From contig DATDOE010000090.1 of assembly GCA_035293405.1 (NCBI GenBank), forward strand, positions 138,282 to 202,281: 64,000 bases of DNA, in the 5' to 3' direction. Source of the DNA: Vicinamibacterales bacterium (lineage in GTDB: Bacteria > Acidobacteriota > Vicinamibacteria > Vicinamibacterales > UBA2999). Position numbers and translations under genes: made by a program. The notes beneath the pieces were generated by a model, which was given only the letters and a program-made list of their open reading frames with translations, was not told the DNA's origin and made no database searches. Of the stretch, positions 19,680 to 28,941 are shown piece after piece; the stretch's first letter is position 1; each line of letters starts with the position of its first letter.

Positions 19680-20849
19680 ATGAATCGACGATTGATCTCC
19701 GCAGCGCTCCTGCTCGCGTGCTTTGCCGCGGGCGTGCTCGTGGCCGGACGGTTCCGCGACGCGACCGAGGCGGTGGCGCAGGCACCGGCCGGGAGAACGG
19801 CGGTCACCGCGCCGGGGCCCACCGCGGCTGCCGGCACGCTCACCGACTTCAGCCGCATCGCCGAGCGAACGATCCCTGCCGTGGTGAACGTCCAGGCGCG
19901 GCAGATCGTCCGCCGCATGGTCCCGCGCGATCCGTTCTTCACGTTCTTCGGCGACCCCGGTGACGTCTACGGGTCGCGGCGCGGCGTCGAGAACAGCCTG
20001 GGCTCCGGCGTGATCGTCAGCGGCGACGGCTACATTCTCACGAACAACCACGTGGTCACCGGAGAAACCAGGCCTGTCACCATCGAGCAGCTCGATGTCA
20101 CGGTGGTGCTCGCCGACAAGCGGGAGGTGCCCGCCAAGGTCATCGGCGTGGACACGGCGACGGACCTCGCCCTGCTCAAGATCGACGCGAAGGATCTCCC
20201 CACCATGCCGTGGGGCGATTCCTCGAAGCTGAAGGTCGCGGAGTGGGTCCTGGCGATCGGCAATCCGTATCAGCTCAGTCAGACCGTCACCCTCGGCATC
20301 GTCTCCGCGGTCGGGCGGACCAATCTTGGCGTGTCGACCTACGAAGACTTCGTGCAGACCGACGCCGCGATCAATCCCGGCAACTCAGGCGGCGCGCTGG
20401 TGAACGGCCGGGGAGAGCTGGTCGGCATCAACACCGTCATCTTCAGCCAGAGCGGCGGCTACCAGGGCATCGGGTTCGCCGTGTCGAGCAACCTGGCGAG
20501 GCGGGTCGTGAACGATCTTCAGCAGTACCAGGAAGTCCGTCGCGGGTCGATTGGCTTGGGACCGGATAATCTCGTGACCGTGACGACGAGGATTGCGGCC
20601 GAGCTCACGCTCCCGGATACGCGAGGCGTCCTGATCTACTCGATGAGCAGGAGCTCGCCCGCCTACCAGGGCGGCTTGCTGCCCGGCGACGTCGTCGTCG
20701 GCTTCAACGGCACGCCTGTCGAGGATCCCGGACATTTCGCGCGCATGGTGTCGGACGCGCGGATCGGGAGCACGGCGACGGTCGGCGTGATCCGCGAAGG
20801 CAAACGCGTCGAGCTGAAGATTGCCGTCGCGCGCTTGACGAATCGCTGA
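19680..20849 (+). CDS. HtrA/DegP-family periplasmic serine protease with PDZ domain
   Basis: Catalytic triad contexts TNNHVV, DLALLKI and GNSGGALVN, plus a C-terminal PDZ-like region. Confidence 0.9.
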   Translation: MNRRLISAALLLACFAAGVLVAGRFRDATEAVAQAPAGRTAVTAPGPTAAAGTLTDFSRIAERTIPAVVNVQARQIVRRMVPRDPFFTFFGDPGDVYGSRRGVENSLGSGVIVSGDGYILTNNHVVTGETRPVTIEQLDVTVVLADKREVPAKVIGVDTATDLALLKIDAKDLPTMPWGDSSKLKVAEWVLAIGNPYQLSQTVTLGIVSAVGRTNLGVSTYEDFVQTDAAINPGNSGGALVNGRGELVGINTVIFSQSGGYQGIGFAVSSNLARRVVNDLQQYQEVRRGSIGLGPDNLVTVTTRIAAELTLPDTRGVLIYSMSRSSPAYQGGLLPGDVVVGFNGTPVEDPGHFARMVSDARIGSTATVGVIREGKRVELKIAVARLTNR

Positions 20850-20859
20850 TACCAATCGG

Positions 20860-21951
20860 ATGCCTGCCAACTGGCCGGAACTGACGCTGGCACTGGCGCT
20901 GGTGGTCGTGGCCGCGTACCTCGTCGCGGACTTCGTCTCCCGCCGTGTGGAGTCGGTGCTCCGTACGATCGTCCCCGAGGAGCGCGGGCATCTACTGGTC
21001 GAGAGCCCGCGCGCGGTCGTGCGGACGCTGATCTTCCTCATCACGGCCGCGGCGCTCTCGATACCGGCGTTGCGACTGGTGGGCTACCGGTCGCTCTTTC
21101 GCAATCCCGAAGCCTTCACGGAATGGGTGCTGAGCGCGGGCCTGCGGATCGCGGTGATCGCGGTGGCGGCCTACATCATCATCCGCGTCGGCACCGCTGC
21201 CGCGCGCCGGTTCGAGCGCGCGATGTCGGCCGGCACCGGCCTCAACGTCATCGAGCGAACCAAGCGCGCCCGGACGCTCGGACGCCTGCTGCAGAGCACG
21301 CTGGTCGCCGTGGTCGTGGTCATCGCCGGGTTGACGGTGCTCCGCGAGCTGGGCATCGACATCACGCCCGCGCTCACCGGCGCCGGGATCGTCGGCCTGG
21401 CGGTCGGCTTCGGCGCGCAAACGCTGGTGCGCGACGTCATCTCAGGCTTCTTCCTCATCCTCGAGGACCAGGTGCGCGTGGGCGACGCGGCGGTCGTCAA
21501 CGGGCAAGGTGGCATCGTGGAGGCCGTCAACCTGCGCACCATCGCGCTCCGCGATGAAGAGGGGACGGTCCACGTCTTCCCCAACGGCGAGGTGAAGACG
21601 CTCGCCAACCGCTCGAAGGACTTCGCCTACTACGTCATCACGGTCGGCGTGAGCTGGGACGAGGACCCGGACCGCGTGGCGGAGGCGATGACAGCGGCGG
21701 CTGAGACGCTACAAACAGATCCGGAAATGCGGGTGCACATCCTCGAGCCGCTCGAGGTATACGGCGTCGACGGGTTCGAAGCCGCACACCTCGTGCTCAA
21801 GGCACGCATCAAGACGGTACCGATGAAGCAGTGGGTCGTGGGACGCGAGCTGCGGAAGCGGATCGCCAGGATCTTCAGGGAACGCGGGATTCGGGTGGCG
21901 GGAACTCAGGTTGTGCAGATTGCGACTCAGAAACGAGACACGGCTTCATAG
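20860..21951 (+). CDS. Mechanosensitive ion channel (MscS family)
   Basis: TM helices followed by GFGAQTLVRDVISGFFLILEDQVRVGD...G.VEAVNLRTI. Confidence 0.85.
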   Translation: MPANWPELTLALALVVVAAYLVADFVSRRVESVLRTIVPEERGHLLVESPRAVVRTLIFLITAAALSIPALRLVGYRSLFRNPEAFTEWVLSAGLRIAVIAVAAYIIIRVGTAAARRFERAMSAGTGLNVIERTKRARTLGRLLQSTLVAVVVVIAGLTVLRELGIDITPALTGAGIVGLAVGFGAQTLVRDVISGFFLILEDQVRVGDAAVVNGQGGIVEAVNLRTIALRDEEGTVHVFPNGEVKTLANRSKDFAYYVITVGVSWDEDPDRVAEAMTAAAETLQTDPEMRVHILEPLEVYGVDGFEAAHLVLKARIKTVPMKQWVVGRELRKRIARIFRERGIRVAGTQVVQIATQKRDTAS

Positions 21952-21956
21952 GCAGT

Positions 21957-21984
21957 GTTTGAGTTTTGCGTTTTGAGCCTTGAG
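21957..21984. repeat. Short heptamer array GTTTGAG TTTTGCG TTTTGAG CCTTGAG
   Basis: Read directly from the sequence. It lies between convergent mscS and the leuA-like gene. Confidence 0.6.
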
Positions 21985-21996
21985 TTACTTCCGAAG

Positions 21997-23244
21997 CTAC
22001 ACCCCGTGCCCGTAGCCCGATTCCTGAATCGGGTGATGCGACGCGGCTGAGGGCGTGTCGAACGGATCGATCGCGTCGTGTACGGCGCCGTGGCCGGGGC
22101 GACGCGCGTTCACCGCGATGCGGACGTCCTGATCGGTCAGGATCTTCTTGTCGTCGGCGATCACCATCAGTGCGCGATACACCTCGATCAGCTCCTCGCC
22201 CTCGATCTGGATGCCCAGGTCGGCGCAGCGGCGCTGCACGGCATGGCGGCCTGAGTGCTTGCCGAGCACGAGGGGATTCCACGGCGCGCCCACGTCCTCG
22301 GCGCGCATGATCTCGTAGGTACGGCGGTCCTTCAGCATCCCGTCCTGGTGAATGCCGGCTTCATGGGCGAACGCATTGCGCCCGACGACGGCCTTGTTCA
22401 CCTGGACGCTCTGGCCGGTGAGCTGCGTCAGCATCTCGCTCGTCGGGTAGATCTGCGTGGCCTCGACGCTCGTGGTGTACGGCATCCGGTCGGGCCGGAT
22501 CCGGAACGCCATGACGATCTCTTCGAGCGCGGCATTCCCCGCCCGCTCACCGATCCCGTTGATCGTGCACTCCACCTGGCGGGCGCCGCCCTGCACCGCC
22601 GCCAGCGTGTTGGCGACCGCCAGCCCGAGGTCGTCGTGGCAGTGGGCGCTGAACACGACGGTGTCGGCGTTGGCCACTCGCTCGCGAATCCGGCGAAAGA
22701 AATCCAAGGTCTCGTCCGGCGTGCTGAAACCAACCGTGTCGGGCAGATTGATCGTCGTGGCGCCGACGGCAATCACGGCGTCAACGACGCGGCAGAGGAA
22801 ATCGAAGTCGCTTCGCGTGGCGTCCTCGGCCGAGAACTGCACGTCGAAGGTGTGATGACGCGCGTAGCGCACGGCATCGACGGCCGCCTCGAGGCACTGC
22901 TCGCGCGTCATGCGCAGCTTCGCCTGGAGGTGCAGGTCGGACGTGGCGATGAAGGTATGAATGCGACCCTGCGCGGCCGGCTCGATGGCCCACGCGGCGC
23001 GCTCGAGATCGGCGCGGTGGCAGCGGGCCAGGCATGCGATGATGGGGCGGCGGATCTCGGTCGCAATCTGGCGCACGGCATCGGCATCGGCCGGCGACGC
23101 GATGGGAAACCCGGCTTCGATGATATCCACGCCGAGCGCATCGATCTGACGCGCCAGCTGCACCTTCTCGGACGGCCGGAGCGAGAATCCGGGCGCCTGC
23201 TCGCCGTCGCGAAGCGTGGTGTCGAAGATGCGGACGTGCTCCAT
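21997..23244 (-). CDS. 2-isopropylmalate/citramalate/homocitrate synthase family enzyme (short form without the C-terminal regulatory domain)
   Basis: [27 protein letters not shown] and the [10 protein letters not shown] motif. At 415 aa it is shorter than canonical LeuA. Confidence 0.85.
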   Translation of the reverse strand: MEHVRIFDTTLRDGEQAPGFSLRPSEKVQLARQIDALGVDIIEAGFPIASPADADAVRQIATEIRRPIIACLARCHRADLERAAWAIEPAAQGRIHTFIATSDLHLQAKLRMTREQCLEAAVDAVRYARHHTFDVQFSAEDATRSDFDFLCRVVDAVIAVGATTINLPDTVGFSTPDETLDFFRRIRERVANADTVVFSAHCHDDLGLAVANTLAAVQGGARQVECTINGIGERAGNAALEEIVMAFRIRPDRMPYTTSVEATQIYPTSEMLTQLTGQSVQVNKAVVGRNAFAHEAGIHQDGMLKDRRTYEIMRAEDVGAPWNPLVLGKHSGRHAVQRRCADLGIQIEGEELIEVYRALMVIADDKKILTDQDVRIAVNARRPGHGAVHDAIDPFDTPSAASHHPIQESGYGHGV

Positions 23245-23297
23245 CGGATCCCCCCTGCCTGCCAGTAGACGCGACTGGCCAGGACAAAGTCAAAATG

Positions 23298-23319
23298 ATA
23301 ATTATTCTGTTTGAATTAT
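23298..23319. promoter_or_regulatory. AT-rich dyad ATAATT-N10-AATTAT (LysR-box-like) in the divergent promoter region
   Basis: This is the only AT-rich stretch in the 23245-23327 intergenic region. The dyad was read directly. Confidence 0.35.
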
Positions 23320-23327
23320 GATCCCTT

Positions 23328-24248
23328 ATGCTGAGCCGGTCTGACCGCTCAGCCTTTACAGCCGTGGAACTCAGCGAATTACGTGTCTTTCTGAAGGTTG
23401 CGACCGAACGGAGCTTCTCCCGGGCGGCCATGAAGCTGCACCGGACTCAGCCCGCCGTCAGCCAGTCCGTCAAGCGGCTGGAGGAGAGCGTCGGGGAGCG
23501 ATTGTTCGATCGCGCCACCAAGGATGCCTCCCTGACCGATGCCGGGCGGCTGCTCCGGGACTATGCCGAGCGTCTCCTGCGCCTGTCCGAGGAGGCCGAA
23601 GGCGCCGTCCGCGATCTGCGCGACCTGCGGCGCGGGCGCGTCCTCATCGGCGCGAACGAAGCCTCGGTCCACGCCGTGCTACCGATCATCGCGCGCTTCC
23701 GGCAGGCACACCCGCTGGTCCATGTTGACGTGCGCCGCATCCCGGCGCGACAGGTGGGCGCGGAGGTCGCGCAAGGCAGCCTCGACTTCGGCGTCCTCAC
23801 CTTTCAGCCCGCCGAGCCGGGACTCGGATCGATGGTGCTGGGACAGGACGAGCTGGTGATGCTCGTCCACCCGTCGCACGCGCTCGCGCACAGCAAGGAG
23901 GTCACGCTCTCCGAGTGCGCGCGCCAGACCGTGATCGCCCACAACGATCCGTCTCACGTGCGCGACCGTGTGTTGCGCCTGTTCGAGCAGCACCACATCC
24001 CGGCCAACATCCTCGTGTCGCTGCCGAGCCTCGAAGGGATCAAGCGCGCGGTCGCGATGCAGATGGGCGTCGCGCTGCTGCCGCGCCGCTGCGCCGAATC
24101 GGAGATCGCCCGCGGCGATCTGGTGGCGCTCGCCATGCCCGAGATTCGCCTGCGTCGTCAGGTGCGGTTGATCTTCCGCAAGGGCGGCGAGAAGTCTCAC
24201 GCCTCGACGGCGTTCCTCGGGTTGCTCGACGACAAGAAGAAAGCGTAG
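23328..24248 (+). CDS. LysR family transcriptional regulator
   Basis: N-terminal wHTH LRVFLKVATERSFSRAAMKLHRTQPAVSQSVKRLE and a LysR substrate-binding domain. Confidence 0.9.
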   Translation: MLSRSDRSAFTAVELSELRVFLKVATERSFSRAAMKLHRTQPAVSQSVKRLEESVGERLFDRATKDASLTDAGRLLRDYAERLLRLSEEAEGAVRDLRDLRRGRVLIGANEASVHAVLPIIARFRQAHPLVHVDVRRIPARQVGAEVAQGSLDFGVLTFQPAEPGLGSMVLGQDELVMLVHPSHALAHSKEVTLSECARQTVIAHNDPSHVRDRVLRLFEQHHIPANILVSLPSLEGIKRAVAMQMGVALLPRRCAESEIARGDLVALAMPEIRLRRQVRLIFRKGGEKSHASTAFLGLLDDKKKA

Positions 24249-24833
24249 TCAGAAACCGCTGACGTACGGCAGGCGGGCTGAGGCGGCGTTGACCTCGTCG
24301 TATCGATCGAGCAGCATCCCGGTCGTGTCCCACGCACCAGTGGCAAAGGCGTCGCGGACATTCGGCGGAATCGATACCGGACAGCGGACGTCCTCGGCTG
24401 CACACGTGCCCGCGGTGAGATCGATGCGAATCTCGGCCTGAGGACTCCGCTCAACGAGGTCCAGGAGCGTCCGCACGTCGACGCCGGACGCGGTCACGCA
24501 GGGCAACCCGATCATCACCGAGTTGCCGAAGAAGATCTCCGCGAACGACTCCCCCACCACCGCCTTGATGCCCCACCGCTGCAGCGCCTGCGGTGCGTGC
24601 TCGCGCGACGATCCGCACCCGAAGTTCGAGTTGACGATCAGCACCGATGCGCCCGTGTACCGGGCATCGTCGATCGCATGCTTCGTCGTCTTCCGGTCGT
24701 CCTCGAAGAGGTGATGCTCGAGCCCCTCGAAGGTGACGGCGCGGAGAAACCGCGCCGGCATGATGCGATCGGTGTCGATGTCGTCGCCGCGAAGCGGCAG
24801 GCCGCGTCCAGCAACGGCGGTGACCTTCAGCAT
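24249..24833 (-). CDS. leuD: 3-isopropylmalate dehydratase small subunit
   Basis: GSSREHAPQAL motif. The 194-aa gene overlaps the leuC stop by 1 nt. Confidence 0.88.
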   Translation of the reverse strand: MLKVTAVAGRGLPLRGDDIDTDRIMPARFLRAVTFEGLEHHLFEDDRKTTKHAIDDARYTGASVLIVNSNFGCGSSREHAPQALQRWGIKAVVGESFAEIFFGNSVMIGLPCVTASGVDVRTLLDLVERSPQAEIRIDLTAGTCAAEDVRCPVSIPPNVRDAFATGAWDTTGMLLDRYDEVNAASARLPYVSGF

Positions 24834-26230
24834 CAGCCCACCAGCCTTCGCACGTCGGTGACTTCACCCGCGACCGCCGCGGCGGCCACCATCGCCGGAC
24901 TCATCAGCAGCGTGCGTCCGGTGGGGCTCCCCTGCCGTCCCTTGAAGTTGCGATTCGACGAGGCGGCGCACACCTGATCGCCTTCGAGGCGATCCGGGTT
25001 CATGCCGAGACACATCGAGCAGCCGGCGCCTCGCCACTCGAAGCCGGCGGCGCGGAACGTGTCCGCGATGCCTTCCTGTTCGGCGGCGCGGCTCACCGAT
25101 GCGGATCCAGGGACGACAAGCGCCTTGACGTGCGGGGACACATGACGCCCGCGGATGATGCGCGCGGCCTCACGCAGATCCGACAGCCGGCCGTTGGTGC
25201 ACGACCCGATGAACGCGACATCCACTTTCATGCCGGCAATCGGCTGACCGGGGCGAAGCCCCATGTAGTCGAGTGCGTCGGTGACGGCCTGCTCGCCGCC
25301 AGGCGCGCCGGCCATCGGCACGCGACCGTCGATGCCGATCGATTGTCCGGGATTCACACCCCAGGTCACGACGGGCGTCAATTCCTCCGCCTTGATCTCC
25401 ACCTCATCGTCATAGACCGCGTCCGGGTCGGAGGCGATCGTGGACCACCACGTCTTGGCGCGGTCGAAGGCGTCGCCGGTCGGGGCAAACGGCCGGCCTT
25501 CGATGTACTTGAAGGTCGTCTCGTCGGGATTCACGTAGCCGACGCGGGCGCCACCCTCGATGGACATGTTGCAGATCGTCATGCGCTCGTCCATCGACAT
25601 CCGCTCGATGCCGTCGCCGGCATATTCGTACGCGTAGCCGGTGCCGCCGCGGACGCCGAGGCGCTGGATGATGGTGAGCACGACGTCTTTGGCGTAGACC
25701 CCTTTGGCCAGGTTGCCAACCAGCCGTATCCGCCGCACTTTGAGCGGCTCCAGGGCGAGACACTGCGACGCCAGCACGTCACGCACCTGCGAGGTGCCGA
25801 TGCCGAATGCGACGGCGCCGAACGCGCCGTGCGTGGAGGTGTGGCTGTCGCCGCACGCGATCGTCATGCCCGGCTGCGTCAGCCCGAGCTCGGGGCCGAT
25901 CACGTGGACGATGCCCTGCCGATCGTCCTCGAGGCCGGCGAACCGGATGCCGTAGTCGCGCACGTTGCGCTCGAGCGAGGCGATCATGTCCTCGGCCATC
26001 ACGTCGATGAACGGCCGCGTCCGCTCACGCGTCGGGATGATGTGGTCAACGGTGGCGAACGTGCGATCGGGGCGCGCCACGCCCCACCCGCGGGCGCGGA
26101 GCTCGTCGAAGGCCTGCGGGGTCGTCACCTCGTGGACCAGGTGCAGGCCGATGAAGAGCTGCGTCTGTCCGGTTGGCAGCTGACGAACCGTGTGGAGGTC
26201 CCACACCTTCTGTAAGAGTGTTTTGCCCAT
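24833..26230 (-). CDS. leuC: 3-isopropylmalate dehydratase large subunit
   Basis: [15 protein letters not shown]...[12 protein letters not shown]...GSCTNGR...CSMCLGMN aconitase-family motifs. In frame with ORF 24833..26404. Confidence 0.92.
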   Translation of the reverse strand: MGKTLLQKVWDLHTVRQLPTGQTQLFIGLHLVHEVTTPQAFDELRARGWGVARPDRTFATVDHIIPTRERTRPFIDVMAEDMIASLERNVRDYGIRFAGLEDDRQGIVHVIGPELGLTQPGMTIACGDSHTSTHGAFGAVAFGIGTSQVRDVLASQCLALEPLKVRRIRLVGNLAKGVYAKDVVLTIIQRLGVRGGTGYAYEYAGDGIERMSMDERMTICNMSIEGGARVGYVNPDETTFKYIEGRPFAPTGDAFDRAKTWWSTIASDPDAVYDDEVEIKAEELTPVVTWGVNPGQSIGIDGRVPMAGAPGGEQAVTDALDYMGLRPGQPIAGMKVDVAFIGSCTNGRLSDLREAARIIRGRHVSPHVKALVVPGSASVSRAAEQEGIADTFRAAGFEWRGAGCSMCLGMNPDRLEGDQVCAASSNRNFKGRQGSPTGRTLLMSPAMVAAAAVAGEVTDVRRLVG

Positions 26231-26874
26231 TATTCGTCGGTGGAGTCTTTCATCGTAGCATGCGGCAACACTCGCCCTCTCGGGCCGGATACCGACCCAT
26301 GACCGGCGATCCAACAGCGCCACGGGCGATCGGCCGCCTTCCGAATACCGATGCGCGGGCCCCACGAGACTCGTGCGGGAGTCAGGCCTCGGTCCTCGAT
26401 CCACAGCGGGCCAGCCGTGAGATCCCGCAGGTTCTCCTTCATCGCGATGCCAAGCGCCTGGGTCAGGTTGCCTGGTCCACGACAGAGGTCGGCCTGCTTG
26501 ACAGGACTCGTCCCAGCCGCGCGGCGCTCCGTCATCAGGGCGATGCCGTCGATCGGCTCCAGCGCGCGAATCAGCACAGCCGCCGGAGACCCCCTGGCCT
26601 CGGTCACCGCATTCACCAGATAGTGCATCCCGTAATTCAGATACACGTAGGCGATCCCGGGAGGACCGTAGAGCGGGGCGTTACGCGCGGTCGGCCCCGG
26701 CGCCGCGTGACAGGCCGGATCGTCCTCGCCGATGTAGGCTTCGGTCTCGACGATCATCCCCGCGGCGACTCCCGCACGCGTGCGATGTACGAGCACCTTG
26801 CCCAATAACTCTTCCGCGACGACGAGTGTGGGCCGGGCGTAAAACGAGCGACGCAACCGTCGGTCAGAGGGCAA
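26230..26874 (-). CDS. DNA-3-methyladenine glycosylase (AAG/Mpg family)
   Basis: [19 protein letters not shown]...[16 protein letters not shown]...[11 protein letters not shown]. Its TAA stop overlaps the leuC ATG (TAATG). Confidence 0.85.
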   Translation of the reverse strand: MPSDRRLRRSFYARPTLVVAEELLGKVLVHRTRAGVAAGMIVETEAYIGEDDPACHAAPGPTARNAPLYGPPGIAYVYLNYGMHYLVNAVTEARGSPAAVLIRALEPIDGIALMTERRAAGTSPVKQADLCRGPGNLTQALGIAMKENLRDLTAGPLWIEDRGLTPARVSWGPRIGIRKAADRPWRCWIAGHGSVSGPRGRVLPHATMKDSTDE

Positions 26875-26878
26875 GCGT

Positions 26879-27258
26879 GTGGCTGCAGGGATTCATGATC
26901 GCGACCGAAAGATCGGCGTGGGCCAGATCCGTGACGAGCGCCTCCGGAGCGTGGAATGCCGAGACCTGTTGCGGCTGACCCGCGGCGAGGTCGTGTATGA
27001 AGCCCTGATCACCGCGCCATGGCTGATGACCTCGCTCGTGGCGTGGCACCTGACGGCGACCGGACAACCCGCCTTTGCGGCGGTCGCACTCGTGGGAGCG
27101 TTCTTCTTCTTCCTCACCGGCCGAACTTCCTCTCCTACGACATGTTCCACCACGTGGAGCACCATCTGTTTCCCGCCGTGCCGACCTGTCGCCTTCCGGA
27201 ACTGTCCCGACGGTTGGATCTGGTGGCCCCGCACTACAAGGACTTCAGCGTGTACTGA
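26879..27258 (+). pseudogene. Fatty-acid desaturase remnant (internal deletion plus frameshift)
   Basis: Frame 1 (ORF 26879..) gives an N-terminal TM segment ...LVAWHLTATGQPAFAAVALVGAFFFFLTG. Frame 2 (ORF 27019..27258) gives the C-terminal third His box FHHVEHHLFPAVPTCRLPEL. The first and second His boxes are absent. Confidence 0.55.
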
Positions 27259-27410
27259 CGGCCACCGGGACATTTGTCTCACATCCGGCCGCCCATTGTT
27301 GAGGCCATCCGGGACAAGGCGCCCATAGCGATCGCGTCGTGGCCGGCGCATTCTCCCTGCAGCACAGGATGCCATGCCGCGCACGACTGCGCGCTCGTCC
27401 AGGAGGCTTT

Positions 27411-28013
27411 ATGACAGTCAGACGATCGACGATGCCACAGGTGTATTCCCTCATCGGCGCTGTCGTGCTCGCGAGCGTGTGGGTCTCCGCCGCACCAGCC
27501 CAAGATGCCCGTGCGCAGGCAGCGCACAATCACGGACCGACATCAGACCAGAAGGCGCCATCGAGCGACCTCGTCAAAGTTGTCCGGGAATCGACCGAGC
27601 GCTTCCGCGATGTCAGGGTGGCCGAGGCAGAAGGCTACGCGCTCCTCTTCGGATGTGTCAGCGGACCCGACTGGGGGGCGATGGGCCTTCACTTCGTGAA
27701 CCTGTCGCTCGTCGGCGACGGCGAACTGGACGCAACGCGACCCGAGATCGTGATCTACGAGCCCCTGCCAGGTGGCCGCCTGCGGCTCATCGGCGCAGAC
27801 TATCTTGTGTTTGCCGACGCTTGGCATGAGAAGCACGCGGAGACACCCCAGCTCATGGGACAGCTCCTGCATCTGTTCGAGAGCCCGAACCGCTTTGGGC
27901 TGCCGGCCTTCTACACGCTGCACGTGTGGGCCTGGAAGGACAACCCGAACGGCACGTTTGTGAACTGGCACCCAAAGGTCTCGTGCGATGCCTTCAGCAG
28001 CCAGACTCAATGA
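27411..28013 (+). CDS. Secreted protein, unknown function
   Basis: ATG 27411 follows AGGAGG. It has a signal peptide (MTVRRSTMPQVYSLIGAVVLASVWVSAAPAQD). Confidence 0.6.
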   Translation: MTVRRSTMPQVYSLIGAVVLASVWVSAAPAQDARAQAAHNHGPTSDQKAPSSDLVKVVRESTERFRDVRVAEAEGYALLFGCVSGPDWGAMGLHFVNLSLVGDGELDATRPEIVIYEPLPGGRLRLIGADYLVFADAWHEKHAETPQLMGQLLHLFESPNRFGLPAFYTLHVWAWKDNPNGTFVNWHPKVSCDAFSSQTQ

Positions 28014-28911
28014 GCCGACGCGCGCACGTGTGGCAGAATTCGGGCATGCCCCGCCAGCGCACCATCGTACGACACGCGCGTGGCGAGCGCTGAGCAAACC
28101 GGCGGAGGACCTGAACTACTTCTTCGCCGCGCTGACGCCGCAGGCACTTCGTCTTCCGAGGCAGGGTTGGACCTTGTATCCCCGCCAGGTCGGGAGCTCA
28201 CGGCCCCTTACCCTCGGATCGCCGCGAGGGCTCGACGATGACAGCTCGGCATGTGCCGACGCACAGGCGTTTCGTAGCGACGTCGCGCGGGTGCCTGTTC
28301 GCCTCTGGCGTTACGGCGACCGTGGACCGGCGCCCATCGTCGGCTTCGGCGTCCTCGGTCCGGCAGCATTCGAGCGCGGCGATGACGTTACGCAGCAGCC
28401 AGACGAGAGTAGCCGTCGCGTGGCACGGCTGGTCGTCCAGCAAGTTCACTCGGTCGAGCGTCGTCTCATTCGAGAGGCCGGAGAGCAATCGCCTCTCACG
28501 CGGTTCTCGGACCGGGAGGAGGTTCGCTCGGTCGTTCGCCTCTTGACGATGGTGCGCCATCCCGCCATCGACGGCGAGTGGTACTTCTTCCAGGCCAGGA
28601 AGCAGTACGGTGAGTGGTACACCTTCGAAGGCAAACGGCAGTACAAGGACTGGGCTGCCGTACGCGTCCATGGCTGGGTTCATTCCTCGCCCGCTCGCCT
28701 CTCTGCGTTCCACGTGGCGGGCGTTCTTGAGGACGGCGACGGGAAGGTGGGCAGTTGGTATCGAGTGACCGGCGTGCTCCGCCTGGAGGATCGCAACGTC
28801 TGGATCACGGTCGTCTCCGGCTACGAGGACGAGGGCTACGAATTCTTCGAGGTTGGACCGGGCGACACGACTCCACACTCCGTTGTCACAGTTATGACGC
28901 ACGCGTCATAG
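27988..28911 (+). CDS. Hypothetical protein (start uncertain)
   Basis: The frame is GC3-rich throughout. The C-terminal part (WYFFQARKQYGEWYTFEGKRQYKDW...GYEDEGYEFFEV) looks like a genuine protein. I recognise no family. Confidence 0.4.
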   Translation: MPSAARLNEPTRARVAEFGHAPPAHHRTTRAWRALSKPAEDLNYFFAALTPQALRLPRQGWTLYPRQVGSSRPLTLGSPRGLDDDSSACADAQAFRSDVARVPVRLWRYGDRGPAPIVGFGVLGPAAFERGDDVTQQPDESSRRVARLVVQQVHSVERRLIREAGEQSPLTRFSDREEVRSVVRLLTMVRHPAIDGEWYFFQARKQYGEWYTFEGKRQYKDWAAVRVHGWVHSSPARLSAFHVAGVLEDGDGKVGSWYRVTGVLRLEDRNVWITVVSGYEDEGYEFFEVGPGDTTPHSVVTVMTHAS

Positions 28912-28941
28912 CGCTCGCGGCAACCGTCGGGCACCGCCGAG

